NCBI GenBank assembly: GCA_001940755.1
Contig: MEHH01000001.1
Location: forward strand, 1-40,319
Direction of reading: 5' to 3'
From: Candidatus Heimdallarchaeota archaeon AB_125
GTDB lineage: Archaea; Asgardarchaeota; Heimdallarchaeia; Heimdallarchaeales; Heimdallarchaeaceae
DNA length: 40,319 nucleotides
Shown here: piece by piece, positions 1 to 8,503 of the stretch
Position numbering within the stretch: position 1 is the stretch's first letter
How the letters are laid out: the number at the start of each line of letters is the position of its first letter
Program-made: the position numbers and the translations under genes
Notes under the pieces: generated by a model
Seen by the model: the letters and a program-made list of their open reading frames with translations, nothing else
The model's database searches: none
Told to the model about the DNA's origin: nothing

Positions 1-170
1 TCACCAACTTGTTGAAATCGTAAATCATCTGCAAGTGAAGTTTGAATCCATAGTTCTTTACCTCTTTTCTTCAGCATTTGAGATAGATTAGTAATTTCCT
101 CTTGATGTGATTCTCTGAATGAAGCTAAATCACATAAAATATCAATCTTTGGAGGTGCTAACTTCTTCAT
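1..170 (-). CDS. hypothetical protein, N-terminal fragment running off the left window edge
   Basis: Not in the ORF track because it is too short. The reverse complement of 1-170 reads ATG(170-168) MKKLAPPKIDILCDLASFRESHQEEITNLSQMLKKRGKELWIQTSLADDLRFQQVG with no stop before the edge. The start overlaps the cofG 3' end by 29 nt, which fits operon continuation. No family recognised. Confidence 0.3.
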   Translation of the reverse strand, partial: MKKLAPPKIDILCDLASFRESHQEEITNLSQMLKKRGKELWIQTSLADDLRFQQVG

Positions 171-1242
171 TTGCTTTGAATTCCTCTACTATTTCGCGTA
201 TTCTAGTGTTTAAATACTTTTCATATTGAGGATAAACAGGAAGTCTCTCAACTAGAGAAAATCCAGCTTGGTGAAGTTCTTCACTCAGATCTAATTCTTC
301 TTGCCATACCAGATTAGGGTTAATATAATCAATTGAAACTGGAGATATTCCACCTAAATCATTTGCACCATGGTTGATTGCAGCTATAACTCTATCTCTA
401 TTTAGATTTGGAGGTATCTGAATACTCACTTCATCAGGTAGAATGAGTTTGGCTAAAGCAATTGAAAAAAGTATATCCTCTTCTTTTGGTGGTGGATAAT
501 TAGCCATTGGAGTGCTTTTTTGTGGATTAAAATTCTGAATTATTACTTCTTGAATGTGATTGTATTTTTTAGCTAAATCTGCTATAACTTTGATGGATTC
601 TATTCTCTCCATCCATGTTTCCCCAATTCCAATAAGTATCCCAGTTGTAAAAGGAATATTGAGCTTTCCCGCATTTTCAATCGTTTCAATTCTCAAACAT
701 GGGTTTTTTCCTGGAGAATGATGATGTGCTTCACCTTCATTCATCAATCTAATACTGCTTGTTTCGAGCATTAATCCCAAACTAGCATTTGTTTGTTTCA
801 GCATCTGTAACTCTTTATAGGACACTAGACCAAGATTGGAATGAGGTAAGAGATGAAATTCTAAAGCTTGTTCACACAGATAGTTAACATACTCAATGGT
901 TGTTTGGAATTCTAGTTTTCTAAGAATATCTTTAGCAGTTTGATATTTTTCCTCTGGTTTTTCACCAAGGGTTAAAAGAACTTCCTTACAATTATTGTTT
1001 TTAGCTATAAGTAAAAGCTGATCAAATGCATCAGGAAAAATCCACGAATTAGAATCATCAGATACAAAACTACAGTACCCACATCGATTACGACATTGAT
1101 GTGTTACAGGTACGAAGATATTCCTAGAAAAAGTAATTTGCTTTCCGTGTTTCCTTTCTCGTTTAATTCCAGCTTTTCTAACTAGCTCAGTAGGATCATT
1201 ATTGAGTAGATGTAAAAAGTCTTCAGAATTCATCTTATTCAT
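142..1242 (-). CDS. cofG: FO synthase subunit CofG (7,8-didemethyl-8-hydroxy-5-deazariboflavin synthase, radical SAM)
   Basis: 366 aa. The radical-SAM motif CRNRCGYC sits in the context ITFSRNIFVPVTHQCRNRCGYCSF. The C-terminal block GANDLGGISPVSIDYINPNLVW is CofG-like rather than CofH/MqnC/MqnE-like. The start overlaps the upstream reductase stop by 8 nt. Confidence 0.8.
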   Translation of the reverse strand: MNKMNSEDFLHLLNNDPTELVRKAGIKRERKHGKQITFSRNIFVPVTHQCRNRCGYCSFVSDDSNSWIFPDAFDQLLLIAKNNNCKEVLLTLGEKPEEKYQTAKDILRKLEFQTTIEYVNYLCEQALEFHLLPHSNLGLVSYKELQMLKQTNASLGLMLETSSIRLMNEGEAHHHSPGKNPCLRIETIENAGKLNIPFTTGILIGIGETWMERIESIKVIADLAKKYNHIQEVIIQNFNPQKSTPMANYPPPKEEDILFSIALAKLILPDEVSIQIPPNLNRDRVIAAINHGANDLGGISPVSIDYINPNLVWQEELDLSEELHQAGFSLVERLPVYPQYEKYLNTRIREIVEEFKANEEVSTSKD

Positions 1243-1915
1243 CTTTCTTCAATTTAAGAGTAACAAGATACCCTTCATGTAACTTTTCAACTGCTCTAAT
1301 CTCAAAACTAAGTGCATTGCCGATATTATGAATTACCTCTTTCTCAAATAGAAGTTTTGCATTCTTTACTCCTACAAAAACTGGAGCATAAAAGATATAC
1401 ATTATATCTACTAAATTCTTATCCAAGAATTGAGTAATTACTGTAGAACCTCCTTCCACCAACACTTTGTCAATATTAAACTGGTCTTTTAATTTCTTAA
1501 GCGTATCTTCTAAATCTAGAAAACGATTATTTTTCTCCATTTTTACAGTAATTACTTTCGAACCAAGTTTTCTGATTTCTTCTTGAATATCTTCTGAAGA
1601 CCCCTCTGATGTAATAATAATTGATGGTGATGTTTCTTGATCTTGTAAAACTTTGGAAGTCAAAGGAATTCTACATTTAGTATCCAAGATTACCCTGAAT
1701 GGCGCTGGTTCTTTAGGTTGGACGTATCTCACCGACAATAATGGATCATCTTTGATAATTGTGTTTACTCCTACTAATATTGCATCTACTGAATTTCTTA
1801 ATTCATGAACCCTTACAAAGTCCTCTGTTGTGGATAATATAAGGGCTCCTTCATCTGAAGCTATTGCCCCATCTAATGAACTTGCCACGTTGATAATTAC
1901 TTCCGGTCTTTCCAT
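1235..1915 (-). CDS. 2,5-diamino-6-ribosylamino-4(3H)-pyrimidinone 5'-phosphate reductase (stand-alone RibD C-terminal-domain type, archaeal form)
   Basis: 226 aa. PEVIINVASSLDGAIAS...VHELRNSVDAILVGVNTIIKDDPLLSV and VLVEGGSTVITQFL match the RibD_C (DHFR-like) reductase pattern. No fused cytidine-deaminase-type domain is present. Confidence 0.75.
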   Translation of the reverse strand: MERPEVIINVASSLDGAIASDEGALILSTTEDFVRVHELRNSVDAILVGVNTIIKDDPLLSVRYVQPKEPAPFRVILDTKCRIPLTSKVLQDQETSPSIIITSEGSSEDIQEEIRKLGSKVITVKMEKNNRFLDLEDTLKKLKDQFNIDKVLVEGGSTVITQFLDKNLVDIMYIFYAPVFVGVKNAKLLFEKEVIHNIGNALSFEIRAVEKLHEGYLVTLKLKKDE

Positions 1916-3054
1916 TTGATCACCTTGCCTTTGTACATCTGAAAACAGATATCTGATTGGTCAGCACGTAGTGTAATAGCTGTATAAACATCTTTAGAAA
2001 ATTTTAGATTATAGCTTTCTAAATCTATTGCAAGAAGGTCTCCACTATAGCCGATTTTGAGCTGACCAATTTTCTGTTTTAGTATCAAACCTGCATTTAC
2101 AGTTATAGATTTCAGCACTTCTTTTGGGGATATATTCTGACAATTAGCTCTTGCATTGTAAAGTGTAAATGCCATTAGTCTGAAAGGATCTGGGTTACAC
2201 GATAGCACATTATCAGTACCAAGACTGAATAAAATATCATATTTTTGAATTAACTCAAGAGGTGGAAACTTCAACCCAAAATACAAACTAGAAATTGGAC
2301 AACAAACAACATCAATATCCCTCTGACTTAGAAGTTTAAGCTCTTCGTCTTTAGAGTAGTTTGCATGTACAACAAAATCAAAAACGTCATTTTCAGTAAT
2401 AATAGATATATCTCTTTTGCCAAATTTTGAAATGGATTCAGCTATTACTTCTTCTGATTCAGAAACATGAATTCCTACTAACATAGAGGGATTATTTGTT
2501 TTTAACTTTGAGAGAGTTGTATAGCCTTCCTGGTTTATATCAAAAACATCTCGTATCCCTAATCCATCACAGTTTTTACTGACTTCGTCAAATGTATTTT
2601 TTTCTGTCTGACGTCCTAGAATTATTCCTCGAATTGGATACTGTTTCAATTCATTTCTTAACAAATCAATACCTCTAATACCTTCTTCTCTAAAGTCTGC
2701 AAAAGAAGTAAATCCATTTTGTATGAGCATCTCTAAGGAGTTCCTTATACTTCCAATTTTTTCTTCAATTCCACTAGTGCTTAGTTTACTATGTTTAATA
2801 CCATTTGGCCCTACAGCTTCCTCCAGAGATGAACCATAAGTTTGATCTTTTAGAAAAGCATCCCCAAGATGTATATGAGCATTTATGAAACCAGGAACAA
2901 TCACATATGAGGAAGGTAAAAGATAATCAGCTGTCTTCTTCTCTTTAGCTATAGATATAATAACTCCTTCATCATCAATTTCTATTGTCATATCCTCGGT
3001 AAATGTTAAATCTGAACCAAGCAAGGCATTTCCACGTATTGAGACCATATTCAA
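1897..3054 (-). CDS. amidohydrolase-superfamily metal-dependent hydrolase, deaminase/chlorohydrolase subgroup
   Basis: 385 aa. Four motifs are present in the usual order: HxH metal motif in PGFINAHIHLGD, HxxE in VGIHVSESEEV, a later His in VVHANYS, and Asp in SLGTDNVLS. This pattern is typical of guanine/cytosine/MTA-deaminase-like members. The gene overlaps the downstream reductase start by 19 nt. Confidence 0.7.
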   Translation of the reverse strand: MNMVSIRGNALLGSDLTFTEDMTIEIDDEGVIISIAKEKKTADYLLPSSYVIVPGFINAHIHLGDAFLKDQTYGSSLEEAVGPNGIKHSKLSTSGIEEKIGSIRNSLEMLIQNGFTSFADFREEGIRGIDLLRNELKQYPIRGIILGRQTEKNTFDEVSKNCDGLGIRDVFDINQEGYTTLSKLKTNNPSMLVGIHVSESEEVIAESISKFGKRDISIITENDVFDFVVHANYSKDEELKLLSQRDIDVVCCPISSLYFGLKFPPLELIQKYDILFSLGTDNVLSCNPDPFRLMAFTLYNARANCQNISPKEVLKSITVNAGLILKQKIGQLKIGYSGDLLAIDLESYNLKFSKDVYTAITLRADQSDICFQMYKGKVIKWKDRK

Positions 3055-3162
3055 AGGAGACAGAAAATTTTAAGCTAATAAAGCTTTGTAGAATTTAAGA
3101 AAAAATGAAGAAACACTATATTTATAATTCAACCTTTTGAAATTAGCCTCAAGCACAATTAT
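3055..3162. promoter_or_regulatory. divergent promoter region between the amidohydrolase operon (-) and the EF-2-family gene (+)
   Basis: TTTATAAT at 3121-3128 lies about 35 nt upstream of the EF-2 start (GTG 3163 / ATG 3166). On the minus strand, TTTATTAG (3082-3075) lies about 21 nt upstream of the ATG at 3054, so that mRNA could be leaderless. These are archaeal TATA-like boxes judged by eye only. Confidence 0.4.
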
Positions 3163-5403
3163 GTGATGAAAATGGTTCGAGTAAAGAATCCAGAAGAAAT
3201 TAGAGATATGATCAAGAATCACCCAATGGAATTAAGAAGAGTTTTTACCATAGCAGCTCATATTGATCACGGTAAAACAACTACAAGTGACTATCTTCTT
3301 CGTAAAGCAGGTCTTATGTCAGATGCCGATGCAGGCAAAAAGGTAATGATGGACTCTGATGAAGAAGAACAAGAAAGAGGTATTACTATCTTCACAAGTG
3401 TTGTTATGTTGAACTATGAATATGAAACTAAAGAGGGAGAAAAAAATTCCTATCTTTTTGAGATTAACGATACACCTGGACACATTAGTTTTACTGGTGA
3501 AGTAAGTAGAGCTCTTCGTGGTTCTGATGGTGTTATTTTATTAGTAGACGCTCTTGAAGGCGTAATGACACAAACTGAAACAAATATCAGATTAAGTTTA
3601 AATGAAAAATGTAAACCTGTTCTATTCATTAACAAGGTTGATAGGCTAATCTCAGAATTAAGATTAGCTCCTGGAGATGTTTTTCAAAAAATCGATAATA
3701 TCCTTAATGAAGTAAACAAACTAATCAGAGATAATGCTCCAGAGGGATTAGGAAAAGATTGGCAAGTTTCCTTTCCAGATGGATCAGTTGCAGTAGGAAG
3801 TGCAAAAGATGGTTGGGCATTTAACATGGGAACCTTACAAAGATTGAAAATCACACCCCAAGATGTTTTTGCAAAATATGATGAAGATGATAAGGATTGG
3901 TTAAGAGAAAACCTCCCATTAGAAGAACCTTTACTTGAAATGGTTATCACACACTTACCAAATCCAATTGAAGGACAAAAAATGAAAATTCCCGCCATTT
4001 GGGGTGGAGATCTTGACTCTCCAGAAGGTCAAGCACTCATGAATTGTGACCGAGACGGTCCACTAATGGGTATGATAACTAAGATTTTCATTGAACCAAA
4101 ATCCAAAAGACCAACACTAATTGGTAGAGTTTTTTCTGGTACATTAAGAAGTTCAGATACTTTGTATCTTGTTGGTAAGAAAACTTCAGCGAGAATTAAA
4201 AGACTTGGTGTGATGGAAATCACAGATATTCTTGATGTTGATGAAGTTCCAGCAGGAAATCTCTTTGCAATTTATGGATTTATTACACCTGCGGGTGAAA
4301 CGTTCATTCGAGAGGAAGATAAAGGCACATTAACTCCATTTGAAGAAATTTCTTATGTAGCAGAACCTGTTGTTAGCAGAACTATTAAACCAAAAGATCC
4401 TCAAGATATTGCAAAACTTGGTGAGGTTGTTTCAAAATGGATTATGGCAGATCCAACTGCTACTTTCAGACATGATGAAGAATCTAAAACATATGTTCTC
4501 TCAGGTATTGATCCTCTTCAAATTGAAATTCTTGTAACTAGAATTCAAGAACAAGTACTAATTGAGGTAAGTGATCCAATTATAGTTTATAGAGAAGTAC
4601 CAACTAAAGTAGGTATTAATGTTCATGCTAAATCTCCAAATGGTCATAACAGACTAATGATTCATGTTCAACCTTTGAATCAAGCATCAATTGATCTAAT
4701 CAACTCTGGTAAAGTAAATAATGATCAAGAAAGGAGAGATCGAGCAAGAATCCTTCAAGAAGAAGGTGGATGGGAAGCCAAAAGAGCAAGAAGAATTTGG
4801 CACATTCAAGATTCAAATATGATTATCGATGCAACTACTGGTGTTCAAAGATTGGATAACATCAAACAATACATTATTCAGGTTTTCATTGATTTCTGCA
4901 GTGGTGCTACTTTAGCGAAAGAACCTCTTATGGGAGCATTATTCACAATAACTGATGCAAAAGTTCACGTTGATCCAGCTCATACTGGATTTACTGAAAT
5001 TTTCCAAATGTGTTTGGCAGCATATCATACAACCTTTCTAACCAGTGACCCACAGTTACTAGAACCTATGCAAATTATTGACATCAAAGTTCCTTCAGAT
5101 TATGTTGGAAATATGTCTAAAATAATTACACAACATAGATGTATTATTCAAAACATGATACAGGAAGGAGAAAACACTAGAATACGAGGAAAATTACCTA
5201 CAGCTGAAACTATTGATCTTGCAGATGAAATTCGTGGAAGCAGCTCAGGCCGAGCTTTCTTTGGCTATGAATTTACAGGATTCGAAAGAGTTCCTACAAA
5301 TTTGGAAGAAGAAACAATTGAAGCAATCCGTGTTCGTAAAGAATTATCTCCTCAAGTTCCAGATGTATCTAATTGGGAACGTTTCATGTACAAACGAACC
5401 TAA
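3163..5403 (+). CDS. translation elongation factor 2 family GTPase (aEF-2 or EF-2 paralogue) with diverged diphthamide loop
   Basis: 746 aa. The GTPase motifs are intact: G1 AHIDHGKTT, G2 RGITI, G3 DTPGH and G4 NKVD. Colinear aEF-2 domains follow. The domain IV tip reads HVDPAHTGFTE where canonical sequences have HxDxxHRGxxQ. The start is GTG 3163 or ATG 3166. Confidence 0.85.
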   Translation: MMKMVRVKNPEEIRDMIKNHPMELRRVFTIAAHIDHGKTTTSDYLLRKAGLMSDADAGKKVMMDSDEEEQERGITIFTSVVMLNYEYETKEGEKNSYLFEINDTPGHISFTGEVSRALRGSDGVILLVDALEGVMTQTETNIRLSLNEKCKPVLFINKVDRLISELRLAPGDVFQKIDNILNEVNKLIRDNAPEGLGKDWQVSFPDGSVAVGSAKDGWAFNMGTLQRLKITPQDVFAKYDEDDKDWLRENLPLEEPLLEMVITHLPNPIEGQKMKIPAIWGGDLDSPEGQALMNCDRDGPLMGMITKIFIEPKSKRPTLIGRVFSGTLRSSDTLYLVGKKTSARIKRLGVMEITDILDVDEVPAGNLFAIYGFITPAGETFIREEDKGTLTPFEEISYVAEPVVSRTIKPKDPQDIAKLGEVVSKWIMADPTATFRHDEESKTYVLSGIDPLQIEILVTRIQEQVLIEVSDPIIVYREVPTKVGINVHAKSPNGHNRLMIHVQPLNQASIDLINSGKVNNDQERRDRARILQEEGGWEAKRARRIWHIQDSNMIIDATTGVQRLDNIKQYIIQVFIDFCSGATLAKEPLMGALFTITDAKVHVDPAHTGFTEIFQMCLAAYHTTFLTSDPQLLEPMQIIDIKVPSDYVGNMSKIITQHRCIIQNMIQEGENTRIRGKLPTAETIDLADEIRGSSSGRAFFGYEFTGFERVPTNLEEETIEAIRVRKELSPQVPDVSNWERFMYKRT

Positions 5404-5507
5404 AATTTCTTTCTTTATTTTTTATTTTTTTTATTTTGAAAATCTATAGTAATTTTCTAAAGTTATGAGAAAAATAAAAAGGACAAAATGAGTGATTTTT
5501 TTTAGTC
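5404..5507. terminator. bidirectional oligo-T terminator region between convergent genes
   Basis: The plus strand has T-runs right after the EF-2 stop (tttctttctttattttttattttttttattttg, about 5406-5440). The minus strand reads TTTTGTCCTTTTTATTTTTTCTC just downstream of the stop at 5508-5510. Archaeal termination typically uses oligo-T tracts. Confidence 0.5.
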
Positions 5508-7022
5508 TTAATCTACACTTTCACCAAATTCATCAGTTAACTGTTCATAGAACAAGTCTTCTTCGGAAATTGGTTCAAGTTCACCTTCTGTAATAATACC
5601 TGGTAGTTCTTCTTCCATAAATTCTTGATCATCTAGTACTGGATCAAGTGCATCCTCAAATCTTGATGAGAATCGCTCTTGAATGTAGCCAATTAATGAT
5701 GTCAGAAGCAATATGAAAACAACTATTGGTATCAACAATAGAACTACACCTTCTGGTTGTAGCATCTCTAGAGAATTATAAACTGAAGGAGGATATCTTA
5801 GAATGAACAATAACACATCTGGATTGAGGATGACATATAATCCTGCTAACATTATTAATACTCTGAATGTTACTGATGTTAGAACATATACTATTGTCAT
5901 CAGAGGTTTAATAATAACAGCAGCTCCAACTAATTTTTCATCAACTCTTGGATCACTGTGAACTAGTCCATCGTGATATCTTTGTAATCGAGATGTAAGT
6001 TTATCCTGTTGTCCACCTGGTCTAGCAAATAGAGAATCTGAAGCTTTCTCTAAGAAATAGGTCATACCCGCAACACCAAATTTTCTAGCTATAGAACTAC
6101 CTGTTGCTTCAATAGAATGTCCTGCTTTTTTCTCCCCTTCATCTTCTTCTGCTTCTGCATCCGCAGTAAGAATTGGACTAGGAGTCGTAGTTCCTGTAAT
6201 TCCAAGTCTAAACTCACTTAACCTATCAAGTGCTCTTAGAACTCTTTGTTGCCTACTTTGCGCCGGATTTAATATCAGAGAAATATAAGATATTTGCAAC
6301 GCTATCTCTAAGAACAAATATGATGATAAGGCTATCAGAACTACATCATTCGTGAACAACTCACCTAAGTTTTTAGTTGGTGAAAATCTGAAATTGCTCT
6401 TGAATAGATGTTTAACACTTCCATAATATACTATAAATTGAATACTAACAAATGCTGCAGCTGCGGAACGCATGTCCGCTCTAAATAGGAAAGCCAATAA
6501 AGATATACCTAGCAATATTACAAAGAACATCAGAATTGATGCCCTGAAAATTGCTTTTAGAGGAAAAATAACTTCCATTGAGAATGCATATTGGAATGAA
6601 GAAAACATATCCAAAGGGTTTGATCCATAGAGCAAATCGGTATCTATCCCTACTGGAGGTTGAATATTGTTGAATAAATCTCCTGTTAGAAATGCTCTTG
6701 CTCCATTAAGGATTGATTCAGCATCACCACCTCCAAACGCTAGAAAAATCATTAGAGGTGCAGTAAAGATAATCAGTGCTATGAGTTCAATAATTATAAA
6801 CAGGAATGACAGAGCATCCATCATATGTCCTTCTGGAAATAAAGCTGGATTAGCGAATTCAATTAAAGAGAATAACTCTACACCTACCCAAGCTATTGCA
6901 CCAATTGCAATTAATCTTCCTATTAAATGTGTCATCAAAGTCTGAATTCTTGCTCCTCTTATTCTGCTTTGTACTCCTCTTATACCCAGGTCAATTATTC
7001 TTGTATCTGATAATGATTCCAT
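5508..7022 (-). CDS. polytopic membrane protein with acidic C-terminal tail (last gene of cassette 1)
   Basis: The track ORF is 5508-7085, but its first 21 codons overlap the DUF58 gene. The ATG at 7022 (MESLSDTRII) lies 7 nt after the DUF58 stop. The protein has many hydrophobic segments, a central soluble loop and a tail DDQEFMEEELPGIITEGELEPISEEDLFYEQLTDEFGESVD. No family recognised. Confidence 0.6.
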   Translation of the reverse strand: MESLSDTRIIDLGIRGVQSRIRGARIQTLMTHLIGRLIAIGAIAWVGVELFSLIEFANPALFPEGHMMDALSFLFIIIELIALIIFTAPLMIFLAFGGGDAESILNGARAFLTGDLFNNIQPPVGIDTDLLYGSNPLDMFSSFQYAFSMEVIFPLKAIFRASILMFFVILLGISLLAFLFRADMRSAAAAFVSIQFIVYYGSVKHLFKSNFRFSPTKNLGELFTNDVVLIALSSYLFLEIALQISYISLILNPAQSRQQRVLRALDRLSEFRLGITGTTTPSPILTADAEAEEDEGEKKAGHSIEATGSSIARKFGVAGMTYFLEKASDSLFARPGGQQDKLTSRLQRYHDGLVHSDPRVDEKLVGAAVIIKPLMTIVYVLTSVTFRVLIMLAGLYVILNPDVLLFILRYPPSVYNSLEMLQPEGVVLLLIPIVVFILLLTSLIGYIQERFSSRFEDALDPVLDDQEFMEEELPGIITEGELEPISEEDLFYEQLTDEFGESVD

Positions 7023-7029
7023 ACTTTTT

Positions 7030-8478
7030 TCACCCCTGTCTTTGCATCCTATTAAATTGAGCCATGATTGTTGGCAGAAAGTCATCAGGTCCTACTGAAA
7101 TAGAAACAGAATCATACCTTCTAAGCATCTTAAACATATTCTGTCTTTCACCTAGTTGCTTTTCAACCATAGCATGACCAATCATCTGTTCAACTGGAGA
7201 TAGTTGCTGAGAAACAATTTCAAACCATGGTCCAAAAGGTGAAATAACTGTTATATTGTGTTTCTGTGCTCTGGCACGTCTTACAGCTTTCACTAATCGA
7301 TCTGGATGTGATTCAAGATCTGATATTATTACGATATAAGCTGACCTTTTCACTCTTTGGAGTAAGTAATTTATAGCAGCTTCAGGATCTGCTTCTCCTT
7401 CAGGTTTTGCATAGGCTAAAGCTTCAAGAAATTGGAACAATCTAGTTCGTGTTGAAGTTAAATCAACCCAATTCCTGATTTTATCGTTAAATATACACAT
7501 CCCCACTAAATCTTTCTTTTCAAAAGCAAGATGTATCATTAAAACTGCACTTCGGATGGCATATTCTAGTTTTGTATTTCTTGGTAATCCAGCACCCATA
7601 CTAGCTGAAGAATCTAATAGAACTACTAATCGGATATTTTCTTCGGATTCAAATTCACGAACCATCATTTTCCCAGAACGGGAAAAAGCTTTCCAATCGA
7701 TGAATTTGAAAGGATCACCTGTCTGATACTTGCGGATACCCCAGAAATCTGATCCCATTCCTTTGAGTTTAGTTCTGTGGAAACCAAATAGCAATCCAAG
7801 TTGTCTTTTCTTGCCTACCATATCTAGTTTCTTGATATCTTCATAACTTGGATAAACAAGAATTTCAGTTTTCGATCTTATCTCACCTTCTGTTGCATAG
7901 AAACCCATTCTATCCCTAATTATTACTTTAGTAGGACCTATTTCAAATAGTCCTCTAATAGGAATTCTGACAACATATCCATAGGAGATGGTTTGTCTAG
8001 GATTTAGTTGAGTTACGATGAAATTTTCTCCTAAAATTAAATCAAAAACTTCAGGTATGGCATCATATATTTCAATAGCAGGTAGTTGATTAACTGATTT
8101 GTTTCTGGCAGTTACTTCGATATAGAGGTAATCACCAGCGAAGGCTTTAGGTTTTGATACTCTTCTTTTAATTTCTATAGATTTTGGATTTGATCCAAGC
8201 CTATAGAACGGCAGTCCTAGTAGAACTGAGAAGATTAACATCACTCCACCTATTATGAAAAACCAGATGAGAGTTCCTTGTATATCTATATAGAAATGTA
8301 GGAAATCCATAACACCGAAACCTTCGGGATTGGGTTCAAAATCTGGATGATTTATTTGTGGATTGAAACCAAAAGAGTCCAACATCACATTTAGTGATAA
8401 GTACCCTGCAAGTGCAAAGCCTGCGCTAATCATGATGATTCCAGCAAAGATTAGCCAGCCACCTCGGCGCGTAAACAA
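7030..8478 (-). CDS. DUF58 family protein (vWA-like domain) with N-terminal transmembrane segments, cassette 1
   Basis: 482 aa. The DUF58 signature DFWGIRKYQTGDPFKFIDWKAFSRSGKMMVREFESEE is followed by VVLLDSSASMG, a DxSxS MIDAS-like motif. There are two N-terminal hydrophobic helices. The TTG start is preceded by AGGTGG. Confidence 0.8.
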   Translation of the reverse strand: MFTRRGGWLIFAGIIMISAGFALAGYLSLNVMLDSFGFNPQINHPDFEPNPEGFGVMDFLHFYIDIQGTLIWFFIIGGVMLIFSVLLGLPFYRLGSNPKSIEIKRRVSKPKAFAGDYLYIEVTARNKSVNQLPAIEIYDAIPEVFDLILGENFIVTQLNPRQTISYGYVVRIPIRGLFEIGPTKVIIRDRMGFYATEGEIRSKTEILVYPSYEDIKKLDMVGKKRQLGLLFGFHRTKLKGMGSDFWGIRKYQTGDPFKFIDWKAFSRSGKMMVREFESEENIRLVVLLDSSASMGAGLPRNTKLEYAIRSAVLMIHLAFEKKDLVGMCIFNDKIRNWVDLTSTRTRLFQFLEALAYAKPEGEADPEAAINYLLQRVKRSAYIVIISDLESHPDRLVKAVRRARAQKHNITVISPFGPWFEIVSQQLSPVEQMIGHAMVEKQLGERQNMFKMLRRYDSVSISVGPDDFLPTIMAQFNRMQRQG

Positions 8479-8503
8479 TATTTTCCACCTATTATTTTTG
8501 ATT

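Noticed and set aside
3450-4223. Three minus-strand ORFs (61, 104 and 64 aa) inside the EF-2-family gene
   Set aside because: They are antisense shadow ORFs within a strongly supported gene. Their sequences are low-complexity and Ser/Leu/Phe-rich, with no motifs. Such ORFs are expected in AT-rich coding DNA.
5213-5449. Plus-strand 78-aa ORF overlapping the EF-2 3' end and running into the T-rich terminator
   Set aside because: It is an out-of-frame overlap with a confident gene. Its tail (FFIFYFFYF) is simply the translated oligo-T terminator.
7023-7085. N-terminal 21-codon extension of the track ORF 5508-7085
   Set aside because: The extension overlaps the 3' end of the DUF58 gene by 56 nt. 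The ATG at 7022, 7 nt after the DUF58 stop, gives a tidy operon junction like the others in this locus.
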